In this document: positions 26,734 to 40,005 of the stretch, one piece after another
How positions within the stretch are numbered: position 1 is the first letter of the stretch
How the letters are laid out: each line of letters opens with the position of its first letter
NCBI RefSeq assembly: GCF_006345805.1
Contig: NC_043008.1
Location: forward strand, 46,686,001 to 46,750,000
Direction of reading: 5' to 3'
Length of the DNA stretch: 64,000 bases
Origin: Octopus sinensis
Taxonomy: Eukaryota
Made by a program: the position numbers and the translations under genes
Notes under the pieces: generated by a model
Database searches by the model: none
Told to the model about the DNA's origin: nothing
The model's input: the letters and a program-made list of their open reading frames with translations, nothing else

Positions 26734-28645
26734 TTGCGTGTGTGTGTGTGTGTGCGTGTGTGTGTCTGTGTGTCTGTGTGTTTGCATATATATTAGTGTG
26801 AACGTGTCTGCGTACATATCTGTTGATACATTTATATTCATATGCATATATAGAGAAACATATACATCTATATCTTCGGCTGAGTAGTTGTCAAATTCTA
26901 CATAACAGTCCATCTACCTCGGTTGCATTTATTTCAGTTTTCCCTTGTTCTTTCAGATGCTACATTCACCGGCTGACATATTACTCGATGCCTTTTTATT
27001 CAGTGACTGTATCTATAAATTCTCATATTATTACTAAGCTCGTATCATCGCCAGGTAGATCTTCTTTTATAAAAGCGTGACACTTTTATCTTAATTCAAA
27101 AGGATAGATTGCTTTTGTTTGCTCAAAACACATCTGCTGAAATGAAAGATAATGATTTTCGAAAATTAATTGGCAAATGTTTCAACGTGATCGCTTTGTT
27201 GTTTTTACTGAATATACTGACTTCTTTTCCTGAATCGCTTGTCCTTTAGAGGAGAGTCAGATTTAAAGAAACTGTGTGTTTAGATGTGAGAGTATGACAA
27301 GATGATTATGTTTGTTTCGTGTTTGGCAATATTACAGAGATAGATGTGATGATTGCGTATATCAACTTTTGTTTCCGTCCATGGTGAATTAAGTGACTGA
27401 CTTATAGAAAGATTTTGAATTGAGATTAGGAAAATCACTTGGGGTTTATGCATTCATAACAGACTTTATTTTGAGAAACAAACGTACAGAGATTGTTATT
27501 GTTGTTCAAACTCAGGTCAGCCATTATCTTATGGACTGGATTGTGAACAGAGGCATCCGTATTTTTTTATGTTTTTGTCTCAGCTTTTGTATGTAAGATT
27601 AACGCATTTCATTTAACATTCTATGCCGTACCTCAAAGGGGAATTATTACCTATTCCTATCGGTTGGTAAGTCTAAGTAGAGGCTTTCTGAATGGTTCAG
27701 AGTAGAGAGATACTCCCAGACGCTTTTCCTATGAAAGACGATGAAGTCTGTTAATCTATGGGAAAGATACATGGAGAGGGGGATAGGATGTTCGGAAATG
27801 CATTAATGAACGTCAGCAATCTTTAATTTGAATGAGGATAGTCACAATGTAGGTTAATTAGAAGATACATTTGGAATATATGAAGAGTTAAAGAGCAAAA
27901 TTGAATGAATTTGTGTATAAAAGTTTTGGAAATGTTATAAAGTTTATTAGGACAGAACTAGAGTTGCCGGATTGAAACTGCTTGCTATTCATCTATTCCG
28001 TTGTTGATGGTCTTATTGTGTACGGTTGAGCATGTAAGCAGCTGCATGGCTGTAGGGAAATCATGAGAATGAGTTTAGATTACGATTGCTATTAGAATTT
28101 CTGTTGCGAAAGTTGGTTTTGCGGAATTAGAAATTTATATCAACATGATTGACATTTGTGCCAGGAGTATCAAACTGAGTTGATTGAGTGTAACATTAAT
28201 TACATGTATGGAAGTAAAGCAACGCAATTATTTTAGTTGATTAGAAATATATACAATATCACTCTGGTTATTTTAAATCTTGTTAAGTTTAGACAGTAAA
28301 AAATCTTATTGCAGAATGGATTAACTTGATGAACAGAAGTGCCACTAAATTAACAAGCTCTCAGATTTATGAGATGGTAATTCTTATAACAAATGTCCCG
28401 TTGAAAGGAAAGCATTTGCGATTAATTATTTTCTCTTTTGCAAAACGGTTATCAAATGCTTTCCTGTTGAAAACACGAAATTGTTTTAAATAGTTACTCG
28501 TGATATTACCGGAAACTATTTTTGAATGCAATTATCTTGAGAGCAGAAAAAGTGATGAATTAAAATAAATTTTGCGTCCGCACTGATTCAATTAGTTATT
28601 CCTCATAGTACGTTATTTAGTATCTAGTATTTCCATAGCCATTAG

Positions 28646-28776
28646 TAATAATAATAATAATAATAATAATAATGATAATAATAATAATGATAATAATAAT
28701 GATAATAATAATAATGATAATGATAACAATAATAATAATAACGATAGTGTTAACAATAACAATGATAATAATAATA
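28646..28776. repeat. (AAT)n/(GAT) microsatellite
   Basis: Directly visible trinucleotide tract immediately 5' of a Dong-like fragment. Confidence 0.95.
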
Positions 28777-29677
28777 CGATTGCGAAGATAAAGAACTGTA
28801 CAAGCAAATGAAAACGAATGAAACTGAAAATAGGTGGGTAAAGAAAAGAATGCATGGACAATTTCATAGGGATGTTGAAAATAAGACAAACAGAGAAAAA
28901 AGATGGCTGTGGATGACTATAACTGATTTAAAACCGGAAACGGATGGCCAAGACCAAACACTAAGCACAAATTACATCAAACACAGAATCTGCAACTCAG
29001 CAGAATGTGATAAGTGCAGAATTTGTGGACAAAATGGTGAAACCGTATGGTATATTACCAGTGAATGCGCGCCAATAGCCGAGAGAGAATATAAGAGACA
29101 TCATGAAAAAATAGCAAGGGTTGTCCATTGGACACTTGGCAACAAGTATGGACTTGACAGAACAAAAATGTGGTACGAACATAAACCCGAAGGCATCATC
29201 GAAAATGATAATGCAAAGATCTTATCGGTATTTTATGATTGAGTGCGGCCTTGAGATGGAGAATAGGAAGCCAGACACAGTGTTAATTGAGAAAGAAAGC
29301 AAACGATGCTGGATATAAACGATAGATATAGTATGCCCAGCTGACAAGTTATGCAAAAAGGAAGAAAGAAAAGTCGATGGATATGACAGGTTAACATGGG
29401 AGGTTAAGCGGTTGTTGTCGATGAAAAAGGTGGTAGTAGTACCGATATATGTCGGAGCCCTGCGAACAGTGAGTAAAAATCTAGAGAAGTACAAGGGACA
29501 AATAGGGGCTGCAATAAGTGTGGAGCACTTTCAGAAAACGGCACTGCTTGGAACCGCTCGAATACTCCGGAAGGTGCTCAAAAAATAAGGGGTATTTGCT
29601 CACTGGTAGTGAACAGTTGACACTGTAGTACATCTCCAACGTTAGAAGCTGCGAAAAGGCAATAATAATAATAATAA
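28777..29677 (+). mobile_element. R4/Dong-type non-LTR retrotransposon 3' fragment (CCHC knuckle plus restriction-like endonuclease)
   Basis: MHGQF, LKPET..QDQTLSTN, KCRICGQNGETVWYITSEC, WYEHKPEG, NRKPDTVLIEK...IDIVCP...K...Y and QKTALLGTARILRKVL, followed by a short 3' UTR and (AAT)5. Confidence 0.88.
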
Positions 29678-30245
29678 AGCAGAGACTGAATATTTTATAT
29701 TAGCGACGCGTGATCAAAGCTTGCTTACAAGGAACAATCAAGCTAATGTTCTTCAAAACGTTTGTGACCTTAAATGCAGATTCTGCGATAAATTCGAAGA
29801 AATATTAGACCTTCTCGTCTCGGGATTCCCTCTTCTGACACCAAACGAATACAAAAATCGCCATCATAGTGTAGGACCGTATTTACATGGGAAAACATGC
29901 AAACACTACAAAATCAGCACTCCTGCTTACTTCTATGAAAATCATCCTGAGCCAGTCGTTGAAGGTAAAAATGTCGCTATCATCTGGGTGTTTCCAATCA
30001 ATACCGACTGAACGATCCATGTTAATCGACGAGACACAGTCATTAAAGACAGAGAAGAAAACATTTGTAGACTGATGGGTGCAAGTGTTCCCACTGATAA
30101 ACTATAAATCTGTAAAAGAATTTGAAAAATTAAGTAAATATATGGATAGCTGAAAAGAACGGATAGTATGGTACCATAGGTTGCAGGTAGCAAGACTCCA
30201 AGGTCTCCAAAACAACCTGTGATTAAGAGCAATAATAAAAATAAT
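29678..30245 (+). mobile_element. Second R4/Dong-type 3' fragment (different subfamily, internally deleted)
   Basis: ETEYFILATRDQSLLTRN...KCRFCDKFEEILDLLVSG.PLL..EYKNRHH...YENHPEPVVEGKNVAIIW.FPI.TD..NR.D. Ends near an aataataaaaataataa tract. Confidence 0.8.
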
Positions 30246-30289
30246 AAGAACGAACCTATACATTTCATTATTTCATTATTCATTATTTT

Positions 30290-30984
30290 TAAACGTTTCT
30301 TGCGAAAAGTAATCTGCTTCCAGTAGAATAAATGGGATGCTGAAAACGATCCAAGGGTACCAAGGTACACCTTAGTCAATATAGTAATGAAGAACTGTAA
30401 AAGGTACCAAAACAAACCCTGTGAATGGCCTGGATAGATCTTAAAAAAACTTACAACGTTGCCATGTTCGTGGATTTTAGAAACACTTGACATGTGTGGA
30501 ATACTTGAGAACGCCTGTGCGTTGATTAAGAACAGCATGCCTAGTTAGAAAACACGCCTTTTCTGTAGTAACCAGCGCTTACCAGAGGTAGCAACCAAAA
30601 GAGGTATCTTTCTGGGAGACCCTTGTTCACCTTTGTTATTTGTTATGGACCTGATCCCACTTCCTGTCGTCTTGTGCAGTATGAGCTTACAAAAAAATGG
30701 TCATCGTCTCAACCACCTTCTCTTCATAGATTATTTAAAACCGATCGCAAAAACAGAGCCTGAAATGGAGAGGCTGGTTGAGATTGTGCATATATGCAGC
30801 AATAATATAGGGATGGCATTCAGTATATCGAAGCGTACGTTGCTCACTTTGAAACGAGGGAAACGAGCAGATGGCAAGGACATAGAATTTCCCTACGGAG
30901 AGATAATGGAAGGTCCGAATGATGATGGGTACAGACACTTTGGAATCCGGGAGCTGGACAATATCTTACACAGAGTCATGATCA
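30290..30984 (+). mobile_element. R4/Dong-type RT-domain fragment
   Basis: GC*KRSKGTK, MAWIDLKK, RGIFLGDPCSPLLFVMDLIPL, NHLLFIDYLK (equivalent to NHLLFMDDLK), DIGM-like NNIGMAF, and YRHFGI. Confidence 0.85.
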
Positions 30985-31369
30985 TACGTGGACTGATCAA
31001 TAAGTATCCGGACTGTCGTCCTTGTAATGACGCTAAGCATGCAGAATGAAGCCGCTTCGCAAAGATTAATCTTGAACTCTGTTGCGCATGCGCACTAACT
31101 TTTAACGTTCTGGATCACTTCCGCTGTTTACAGCAATGTTTGGAAGTAATGTGTGTAACGTGTTGATGGTCGCATCGAGTATGACGATCACACGCTACAC
31201 ACGTCATTTCCGAGCACTGCTGTAAACAGCGGAAGTAAGCTAAAGCATTAAAACCGAGTGCGCAGGTACAACAGCCACTGAAGTCAAACTTTGCTTAGCG
31301 GCTTTACTCTGCGTGCTTTTACTTCGTTACTATGGTAACAGTCCGGATACTTGTTGATTATAGCTCGTA
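30985..31369. mobile_element. TA-flanked fold-back MITE (Tc1/mariner type)
   Basis: Termini tacgtggactgatcaataagtatccggactgt and acagtccggatacttgttgattatagctcgta are imperfect inverted repeats with TA at both ends. The interior is also largely palindromic (cacttccgctgtttacagca / tgctgtaaacagcggaagt). Confidence 0.85.
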
Positions 31370-31946
31370 TAATAATATTAAAACAGCACTAATGACAGAG
31401 TTTCGCTTAGTCCATAACACTTCCCCTAAATGTAGAAATATTATGTGATAAAAGAATGTACGATAATTATAGAAAGATTGTGTGAGAGTAACGGTAAGAG
31501 AGAGAGAGGGAGAGAGAGAGAAAGAGAGAGAGAAAGAGATAGATAGATATAGAGAGAGAGCGAGTGTATGGGAGACTGACGCAGTGTGAGAAAGGCAATG
31601 TGAACGCCAGGTGGAATTGAAGAGAATATCATAAAACACTTTAAATTAAACAATATTCAGTATGAAAGAAAAAAAAATGCCAACTACTTTAAAATGAGAG
31701 ACTCATAAGCACAGGCGTCGAAATATATAATAAATATAATATATAGGATAATAATATAGGAGCAATAATATTCGGTGTTTGCCAAGAGCAATACTGAGAT
31801 ATGTGAGTAAGAATAATTTAGTAAACTAAAGTCAGCAATAAAACTATTTTGCCAAATAAAGATTTGCCAAAAACAAGCGGAGGAGAAGCGATTAACATGT
31901 AGAGATGACGAATGCATCATGATATATAATAAGATATAAGACCAAC

Positions 31947-32081
<135 letters not shown>

Positions 32082-33799
32082 AAGAGAAGAAAAGTATCCT
32101 TTTATTTAAACACCCGACCTCCCACAGACAGGATCGAATTCCAGTTACACAATTATAAGTTCAGCCTCTACTTACAGGCTTGCAAATGTAACCTACCCCC
32201 CTCTCTCTCTCACCATCACATACATACATACATTGACAATACATACATACGTACGTACATACATACATACTTACATAAATACATAAATACATACATTCAT
32301 ACATACATTCATGCATGCATACATACATATATACATTCATACGTACATACATACATACATATATACATACATTCGCATCTGGTTATTCGAATTTCACTTT
32401 ACTGATGCTCAGTTCAGATATGAGTGTTATAAGATAAATGATCTTTTATTTAGAATATTTCTGAAAGTGTGCAGAGAAACATTTCTAGGTAATGCAAATA
32501 CACACGATATGTTTAACACACGCACACGCACACACACACACACAAAGAAAAAAAACAGGAACGTTTAAACTATCATAAGACAAAAAGTTGAAATCTTATA
32601 ACGTGGAAAGTCATCCGTTATTTTGACTGGCGAACAGTGTGAAAATGAGTTGTTCCAGAATGAGAATGAATGAGAAATTAAAATAATATATGATTATACA
32701 TTACACGACCGGATGTTTCTGTTCACGCCACTCATATTAGTTTCAGTAAGATTTCGAGCTATGTTGTGAGCATGTTCCATTTGGCAGGCCTTCCTCAAAG
32801 CAAAAGACAGGATCTTGGAGTGATACATTTAACCATTGCAGCTATGAAGACACTCATTCACACACAGTTTTATACCCATATGCACCAACTCTCCTCAATC
32901 AACAAAAAACCCCAAATATATCTAAAAACAAAATAGAGAGCAATATGAATATTCTAAATCTGACCATGAAAGCGGCCGATGCAGTAAAATTGTGCGCTGC
33001 AGTATATTAATATTGTCTGTATATGTTACGTTCTGTTACCAATGAATCAAACCTTTGATGATAACATTTTCGCCTCGACATTTAAAACCGATTGAGAAAA
33101 TAATGTTCCAGCCCACTCGTTTGATAATACGGCTCTGGGTCGCATCCATATAAGGAAAGAGTGAGAAGAGTCGAAGAATTAACGAAAAAATAAATATTTT
33201 GAATAAATATGTTGATATTATACCAATTAAACATCGTTTTAAATCGCTCCAGAGAGAATTATTGAAACGTGTGTCGTTCGAATACTTACATTAAAAGATT
33301 TATATAAAATTTAATCTTTTCATGTTCCACATAATTATACTTTATTGTAAATTTAATTTATGAAAATGTATCGATCGTTCGCTTTGATACCCGTTTGCGC
33401 GCGCACATGGCCGTCTTTGCAACCAGAAACATACAGGCGTGAAATAATACATTCAGATATATAGCCTCAGAGAGAAAGATGTACGCACCCGAGCACAACT
33501 ATGTATATATATGCATGTGCATGTCTGTTTTTGTATGTATGTGTGCATGCTTATGTGCGTATGTGATCTTTATGTGTACCTATAATGAGAGTGAAGTAGG
33601 GAGAGCGAAGGAGATAAAAAGACAAAAATTCATATATAAATATTCAAATATATTTATATGCCTATATAAATGTGTTTGCGCAAGCGCCTGTGTATTCACC
33701 CAAACGCACACAGAAATAATCTTTGCAGCAATCACTTACGTAGATACAAACGTGCTAACGGACGGACAGACAGACAGATAGCCTGACAGATAGGTAGAT

Positions 33800-33801
33800 A
33801 T

Positions 33802-33873
<72 letters not shown>

Positions 33874-33882
33874 TAGATAGAT

Positions 33883-33966
<84 letters not shown>

Positions 33967-33985
33967 CATACATACATACATACAT
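33800..33985. repeat. Compound (TA)n-(GATA)n-(TACA)n microsatellite
   Basis: Directly visible. Confidence 0.95.
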
Positions 33986-34090
33986 GCATATGTACATACA
34001 ACCGTTACTCATGTTATAATCACTTTTATACATAAATGTATATACACACTCATACACCCAGACATCCACACAGATATATATATATATACA

Positions 34091-34124
<34 letters not shown>

Positions 34125-34624
34125 GCAAGTGAGAGAAAGAGAGGGAGAGAGAGTGTGTGTGTGTAAAAGAGAGAGTTGGAGAAAAAGGAAAGAGAGAAAT
34201 AAATCACATGGTCTTGACTGATAATCTATAAGTTGGTGTCCTGTGTCTCTTTTATATTCTCCTACTAAGACTTACTGGTATTAAAGGCTGTTTCTCACTG
34301 ACTAGAAACAACTGAGCTATGCTCAACACTCTTCTTCTCTCTTAGAACAAACTACTACAGTTAATATGAGGTCAGTACATAAAAATAAAGATGAAAATCT
34401 AGGGTGGTGTCCAAACGATTAGCTTGAGAATGTGTATTGTTCTCTCTCTAATTAGACTACGAAGTCACTACATCGTTTAAATATTTGCATTAAATTGATA
34501 TCTAAATGTTTTACTACATTTAGCTACCTTTTAATTTATGTTTCCAAAACTTCGATTTGCAATAAGATTTCGAGTTTATATTTTGATATGCACGTATATA
34601 TATATATATTATATATATATATAT

Positions 34625-34810
34625 AACGGGAAGCTTTATGAAAATAAACAAAAGACGAAGGCAGGTGGAGTACAAACAAACAATTATATTAGTATGGCGC
34701 TCAGGAATATAAATAAAACAACCCTTTTACGTTTCGAGTCTACGCTCTTCAACAGAAAGATACGCAGAAAAGAAACAAGGAGAGAAAAAAATGCGTGCAG
34801 AAGCTACCGA
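34625..34810 (-). mobile_element. Solo PLE pseudo-LTR-type repeat
   Basis: On the minus strand it carries a hammerhead-like motif, then tttgtactccacctgccttc (similar to tttgtttacacctgcctt at the end of the 46.4-48.0 kb PLE arms), and terminates in (TA)n. Confidence 0.6.
34724..34759 (-). ncRNA. Minimal type I hammerhead ribozyme motif (non-canonical core)
   Basis: The minus strand reads CUUU-CUGUUGA-A-GAG-CGUAGA-CUC-GAA-ACGU-A-AAAG. This gives stem I CUUU/AAAG, stem II GAG/CUC, a palindromic ACGU stem III and a GUA cleavage triplet. The core has U at position 6 instead of A. Confidence 0.6.
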
Positions 34811-34849
34811 ATCAACAATTTATTCTTTTATTCATTTATTATTATTTTA

Positions 34850-34998
34850 ATTGCTTCAGTTAATTGCCTGCAGCCATGCTGGAGAACCGCCTATAGTTGA
34901 ACAAATTGAATCCAGGACTTATCGTTTGTAAGCCTAGTACTTATGCCGTTGGTCTATTCTGCGAACCGGCTAGTTAAAGGGGGGGGACGTAAACATAC
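34850..34998 (-). mobile_element. SINE family 2, 3' half
   Basis: ctgcagccatgctggagaaccgcc...ccaggactta..gtaagcctagtactta...gggacgtaaaca matches 43610-43740. Confidence 0.8.
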
Positions 34999-35573
34999 GT
35001 GGATATATAAGCGTGAACATTTTTATATGCTCTGCTGGACGCGTTGTTGTTCTCTTGCTATGTAGTCATGTTAGATTTATATCTTCTGGTTATGTTGGAG
35101 AGCATATTATACATGCTGACCATGAAATGATTAATGATTTACAACTAAACCTTTTTTAAAAAACTGACTCATTTCCATGAGTAAAAACTAGTTCATTACA
35201 TATGGTTTAAAAACAAATTAATTTTAGCAGTCATCAACAGGAGTATCCACTGGTCCTCCTTCCTGAACGATTTGACTTTGGGCAGCGAGAGTATTTGTAG
35301 TCTTGCTCTAAAGTCTGACTTTAGAAATAGTTAAATACTTTTGCGTTTCAGTTGACAGGATATCACGTTGACAATTTTTTTTCAAAACTTGGTGTTAGAA
35401 TAACTGAAAATAAATGTATAGGGGGCGTCAGTGTATATGTTTGTGTATCTGTGTTTGTCCCCTCCCTCACCAACATCGCTTGACAAACTCTTTCAAGAAC
35501 CCTAATATTTTTCTAACTTGTCTTTTCTACCATTCTTTTCAAATACATAATGTCAGACATCAGCCTAACTAAC

Positions 35574-36450
35574 CAAATGAAAAGGCAAGCTGTAATTGTC
35601 ACCTGAATAGTAAAGTGTAGTGATAGAAAGGTAGCTGATTCCTAAGAGTTACTCGATACTTTGTTGTCAAATTTCGAAAGAACCTAAAACCGGCTGACAT
35701 GGATACAAGATCAGCACCAAAAGGCAAAACGCATGCTCAGTCTCTAAATATCACACGTAAATTTAAGCAAGCTCAAGGTTTCACAATGTACCATCAGAAA
35801 AGCTGTGCCTTAGGACACCCGGTAAAAGTTGTATGTGACGAGGTGGTATCATTTTATGTCGGATGTGAAAAGAGGATGTACGGCTTTGATTTTTCTCTGA
35901 AGCGAAAAACTTGGATCAGTACTAAGATCGAAGGAATGAGAGATGCACTTATGCTGAAATCTAAATGAGATTCCACCGAGAATGCATGCTAAGTTCCAAG
36001 TGAATCCTGGCTGTATGAATCGCTAGAGACGAGAAAGATGTCAATTCTCCAATTTTTTTTAAGTGCTTCAAGATTCAATGGCCTGAAAAGGCATTGGAGG
36101 AAGCTATGTGGCCTTGGATAGACAGAGTACGCAACAGAAAACCATACGTCTTCCAAGATTTTGTACCGTCTCCTAAGACTGCCAGAACGCAAACGAGGAT
36201 CCGTACCAATCACCATAATCATGTTCTCCAAGAAAAATAGCGTTGTGTGTCATTAAACCTCATTCCAATGGATTATAACGTTTGGAGCGTAGATCAATTA
36301 ACACCCTCATAACATCATAAATCTTTCGAGTTTGCCATAACCAGTATGATGTCTAAACTTGATACAGATAATCTTATTGGAGCATATCAACACTTCTGAG
36401 CCTGCATTGAATCGATCTATTACGCTAACAGTGGAGTCATTCAATAGGCA
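35574..36450 (+). mobile_element. Tc1/mariner transposase relic, maT/DD37D-like
   Basis: QMKRQAVIV at the N-terminus, an FSEAKNLDQ-like first-D block, LEEAMWPWIDRVRNRKPYVFQD, and LIPMDYNVWSV (equivalent to NPLDYYVW). Many stops and frameshifts. Confidence 0.75.
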
Positions 36451-37991
36451 TGATTAAAGGATTTCCAATATTATTTCTACCAAGTAGTTTTTAATTCTAG
36501 CTTTTCTTTGATGAGTTTATACGACTTTTTCTCTATTCATACAAGCAATCCCAAACACCTGCACCTCGAGAAATAAAGTCAGATGCATATATCGACTCAA
36601 CATTACCATTCTGATTATATATTACACGAAGAAGAATTTATGATTTCAATTCCAGTTCTGTCAAAAACAGCATATATTTTGGAAAAAAATGCTATTTATG
36701 AAACTGATATTTGTCAAATTTATATTGTGGACGTGAAATGGATCTGCAGTTAAATGAAAACCTGGTTAATTAGCTTCTTACGCCACAATACATAAAGATA
36801 TAATAATTCTATTTATTCTTTTCTCTCATTCTCACTCTCTTTCACACCTTCTCTCACACCTCTCTAAACTGGTGTCGATCCCACTTTTCATTAATATATG
36901 TGTGTATGTACACATATATCTCTGTCCGTGTCTCTCTCACCTCTCTCTCCCTCTCTCTCTGTCACTAAATATATATATATATATATATATATCCCTGTGT
37001 CTGCGCTCGTGTATACATATATAAAAGAATTGTATATATATAAATTTGTGCATATGTGTATTTATAATATATACACACACACACACACACATATATATAA
37101 GCATATATATATATACATATATATAAGCATATATATATATATATATGTGTGTGTGTATATATATGTATATATATATAAATACATATACATACATATATAT
37201 GTACATATTTAAATATATGTGTACCTGTGGATGGTTTTATGGATGTAACTTTGTATGTATGTATGCATATATGAATATATATATATGTGTGTGTATGTGA
37301 GTGTTTCTGTATGTGTGTCTGTGTGTGTTTTTGTGTGAGTTTGTATGTAGAGAGAGAGAGAGAGAGTCGCATACTCGAAGTAATAAGTAATAATTAAATA
37401 ACTTGTAAGAAATACAACCAAAACTGTTAAGAATTGATTAAAGACCTACAGCGGTAGATATTCGTCATAAATTATGTCTGCGCTATAGTATTAAATTACA
37501 GAGAAGATACATGAATTTCATTTATAACCATTCAGTAATTGAAAACGTATAATTTCGGATTTCCCTCATTAGCCAACATCGTACTGTACAAGGTGGAAGC
37601 TTAATGAAAACGTTTTACAATGTAAATAATGCAATATGGACGTCTTCCTGTTGCTGCTAGTATCAAGGCAATTGTCATTTGCTCTGAAACAGGGCGGTTA
37701 TCAGCGATGTAACCACTGAGAGGAGAACGATAGGGATGATGAAATATTCACAAGGGTATCGATTGGAAATTATTTATCCTGAGACCAGAATGCGACTCAC
37801 ACTAAGTGCAATCATATTGAAATACACTTTACTTTAAGAATGCATATAGTTTAGAGAAGCAGAGTCAAATATAATTAGTATTGATGTCAGAGGAAAATAT
37901 ATTTCTGTTGGCGGCTTTGCAAGAAATTTATATTTTATACGAATTAAACATCACTTATTTCATGGAATCATTATATACACATCAACAAGCA

Positions 37992-38701
37992 TACAGTGTG
38001 TTCGGGCTAAATTTGACGAGTTGCATAAACAGGAACAGGAAAGACAAATTCCCATGAAAAAATTTAAACTTTTTTTTATTAAAAATGAAGTATATTATGG
38101 CTGAAAGATATTAGTTTACTGAAAGTAGCTACTGTCAGCTTCCACCCTCGCTTCAACCTGGTGCATGCATTCTTCACAGTGTCTCTGGGAAAATGTTCGA
38201 ATAGCTTTTTGCAGAAACTGAGGCTGATGAAATTTTCAGATTATCACCTCTGACTCTTTCCGGAGTTCTCGCATACAGGTGAATGCAGCAGTTACACATA
38301 TGTTTCCTTAATAGTAACGCTCTCCAAAGTATTTAGCAGTTTCCTATAGCCTTCCGAATAGGGTTTAAGGCCCGGTTCATTGATGTTGGGATAAATACTA
38401 AGCGTGCGGATGCAGTCAGAATACTTGCTGTTTTGATTCCTGTTGGCCAGGTTTTCGTAGTCTTCGTTGCAAATGCATTTCACGGCTTAATTACTTTACA
38501 GAGCATTGAGCAGCAGTCATGACGTTGACATTTTAATACCTGGTGAGAATTTCCAGTTCCCAAATGGCTTTTGATCTTCCATAGCATATAACGTTTCCTC
38601 AACTACAACTTAGATATTTACGCTCTCCAACGTCGTTACCTGTTCAACAATTTATCACTGTTTTGTCTGAAAAATTCGTCCGATTTAACCCAAACACGAT
38701 G
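37992..38701 (-). mobile_element. TIR-bounded non-autonomous Tc1/mariner element
   Basis: The left end tacagtgtgttcgggctaaatttgacga matches the reverse complement of tcgtccgatttaacccaaacacgatg (38676-38701). The minus strand retains a transposase C-terminus-like ...RVEADSSYFQ-stop. Confidence 0.75.
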
Positions 38702-39789
38702 CATATGGAAAGTTGATGAATAAGCACATAAGTTCATGAAATATATGTGTGTGCGCGCGTTTGTATATATATGTGTGTGTGTGTATGTGTCTGTGTGCGG
38801 GTGTATATATATATGTGTGTGTGTATGTGTCTGTGTGCGGGTGTATATATATATATATATATATATACACACTGATTCAATTAATCTAAATAGTCCATAG
38901 TTGGCTTTTGTAGTTAGATATGATTCATAAGATATCTGGTAAGTTTGTGATATTATTATATGCTATTTCAGTCGAGGATCATGTTATTATGTCTATTAGT
39001 GTCAAAGAATTTGTCAAATTATTACATATCGATTAAATCAGCTCACCTTACACGATTAGCTAGCGTCAGCGATGTTGTTTCGTACGTCTGTCTATAATGG
39101 AATTATGAATGGCGACACGATTTCTGTTGGTTATTGAATGAGATGTGTAATGATACATTTATTCCAAGGTCTTCACATCTTGCTCAATAGTCTCAAGGAA
39201 CTTGGTCTGGGTTTCTTTTACCAAATTCTCAGAGCAACAGACGTGTTTTGGCTTCAATTATAATTGTGAAGGTATCGTAATATTTTCAGTTTATAAAATT
39301 AAAAATCATGAGAGTATTTTTAAAAGCAGAGGTGCCTTATAAAGATATGAATACTATACAAAATAGGGAATTATATGAGGGAGTGGAATAGCGAAAATGC
39401 ACGCTACATATCTTTCTTAACGTTGTTATGCAATGAGCAATGTTCAACGTTGTTAATAATCAGACTGAGAATGAAAGGAAGTTAGCCACAACAAAATTGT
39501 GACTTCAACTTAATTAAACTCAGTCTAATTATTAGCTTCACTGGGCATAGTTCATTGCATAAGAATTGCGTCACTAGTTTCAGCTAGTTAAGAAACATAT
39601 GTAGTGTGCATGATATCTGCTCCACTTCCTCAGTATGGACTTTTAATCCCATTTCAGCAGATTCAGTGCCAACTGTGAACTTTAGAATCTAACTGCGTGT
39701 TGGGAAATTACACTTATAGGTTAACTATAATGAAAACAACTTGGAGGATTTGTCTTCAAAATATAAAACGAATCAGGGAAAATAATCAT

Positions 39790-40005
39790 TTCTACTAAAG
39801 TCATAAGGTCTGAAATCTCGAGGAAGGAGCTAAATCGATTTCATCAACCCCAGCGCTCAACTGGTACTTACTTTATCGACCTCGAAAGGAAGGAAGGCAA
39901 AGCCAACTTCGGCAACATGCAACATATGACCTCAGAATGTAATGATAGGCGAAATACCGTTGGACATTTTGTCCTGCGGTTTAAAGATTCTGCTAGCTCA
40001 CCACC
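39790..40005 (-). mobile_element. tRNA-derived SINE, family 1
   Basis: ccccagcgctcaactggtacttactttatcgacc central block; head gattctgctagctcaccacc (reverse complement of ggtggtgagctagcagaatc). Confidence 0.78.

Noticed and set aside
27400-28200. Possible ancient LINE RT relic on the minus strand (TYQPIGIGN resembling NYRPI)
   Set aside because: A single degenerate motif is insufficient to call.
28613-28889. Poly-Leu/poly-Ile ORFs, also at 31980-32405
   Set aside because: They are (AAT)n microsatellite translations.
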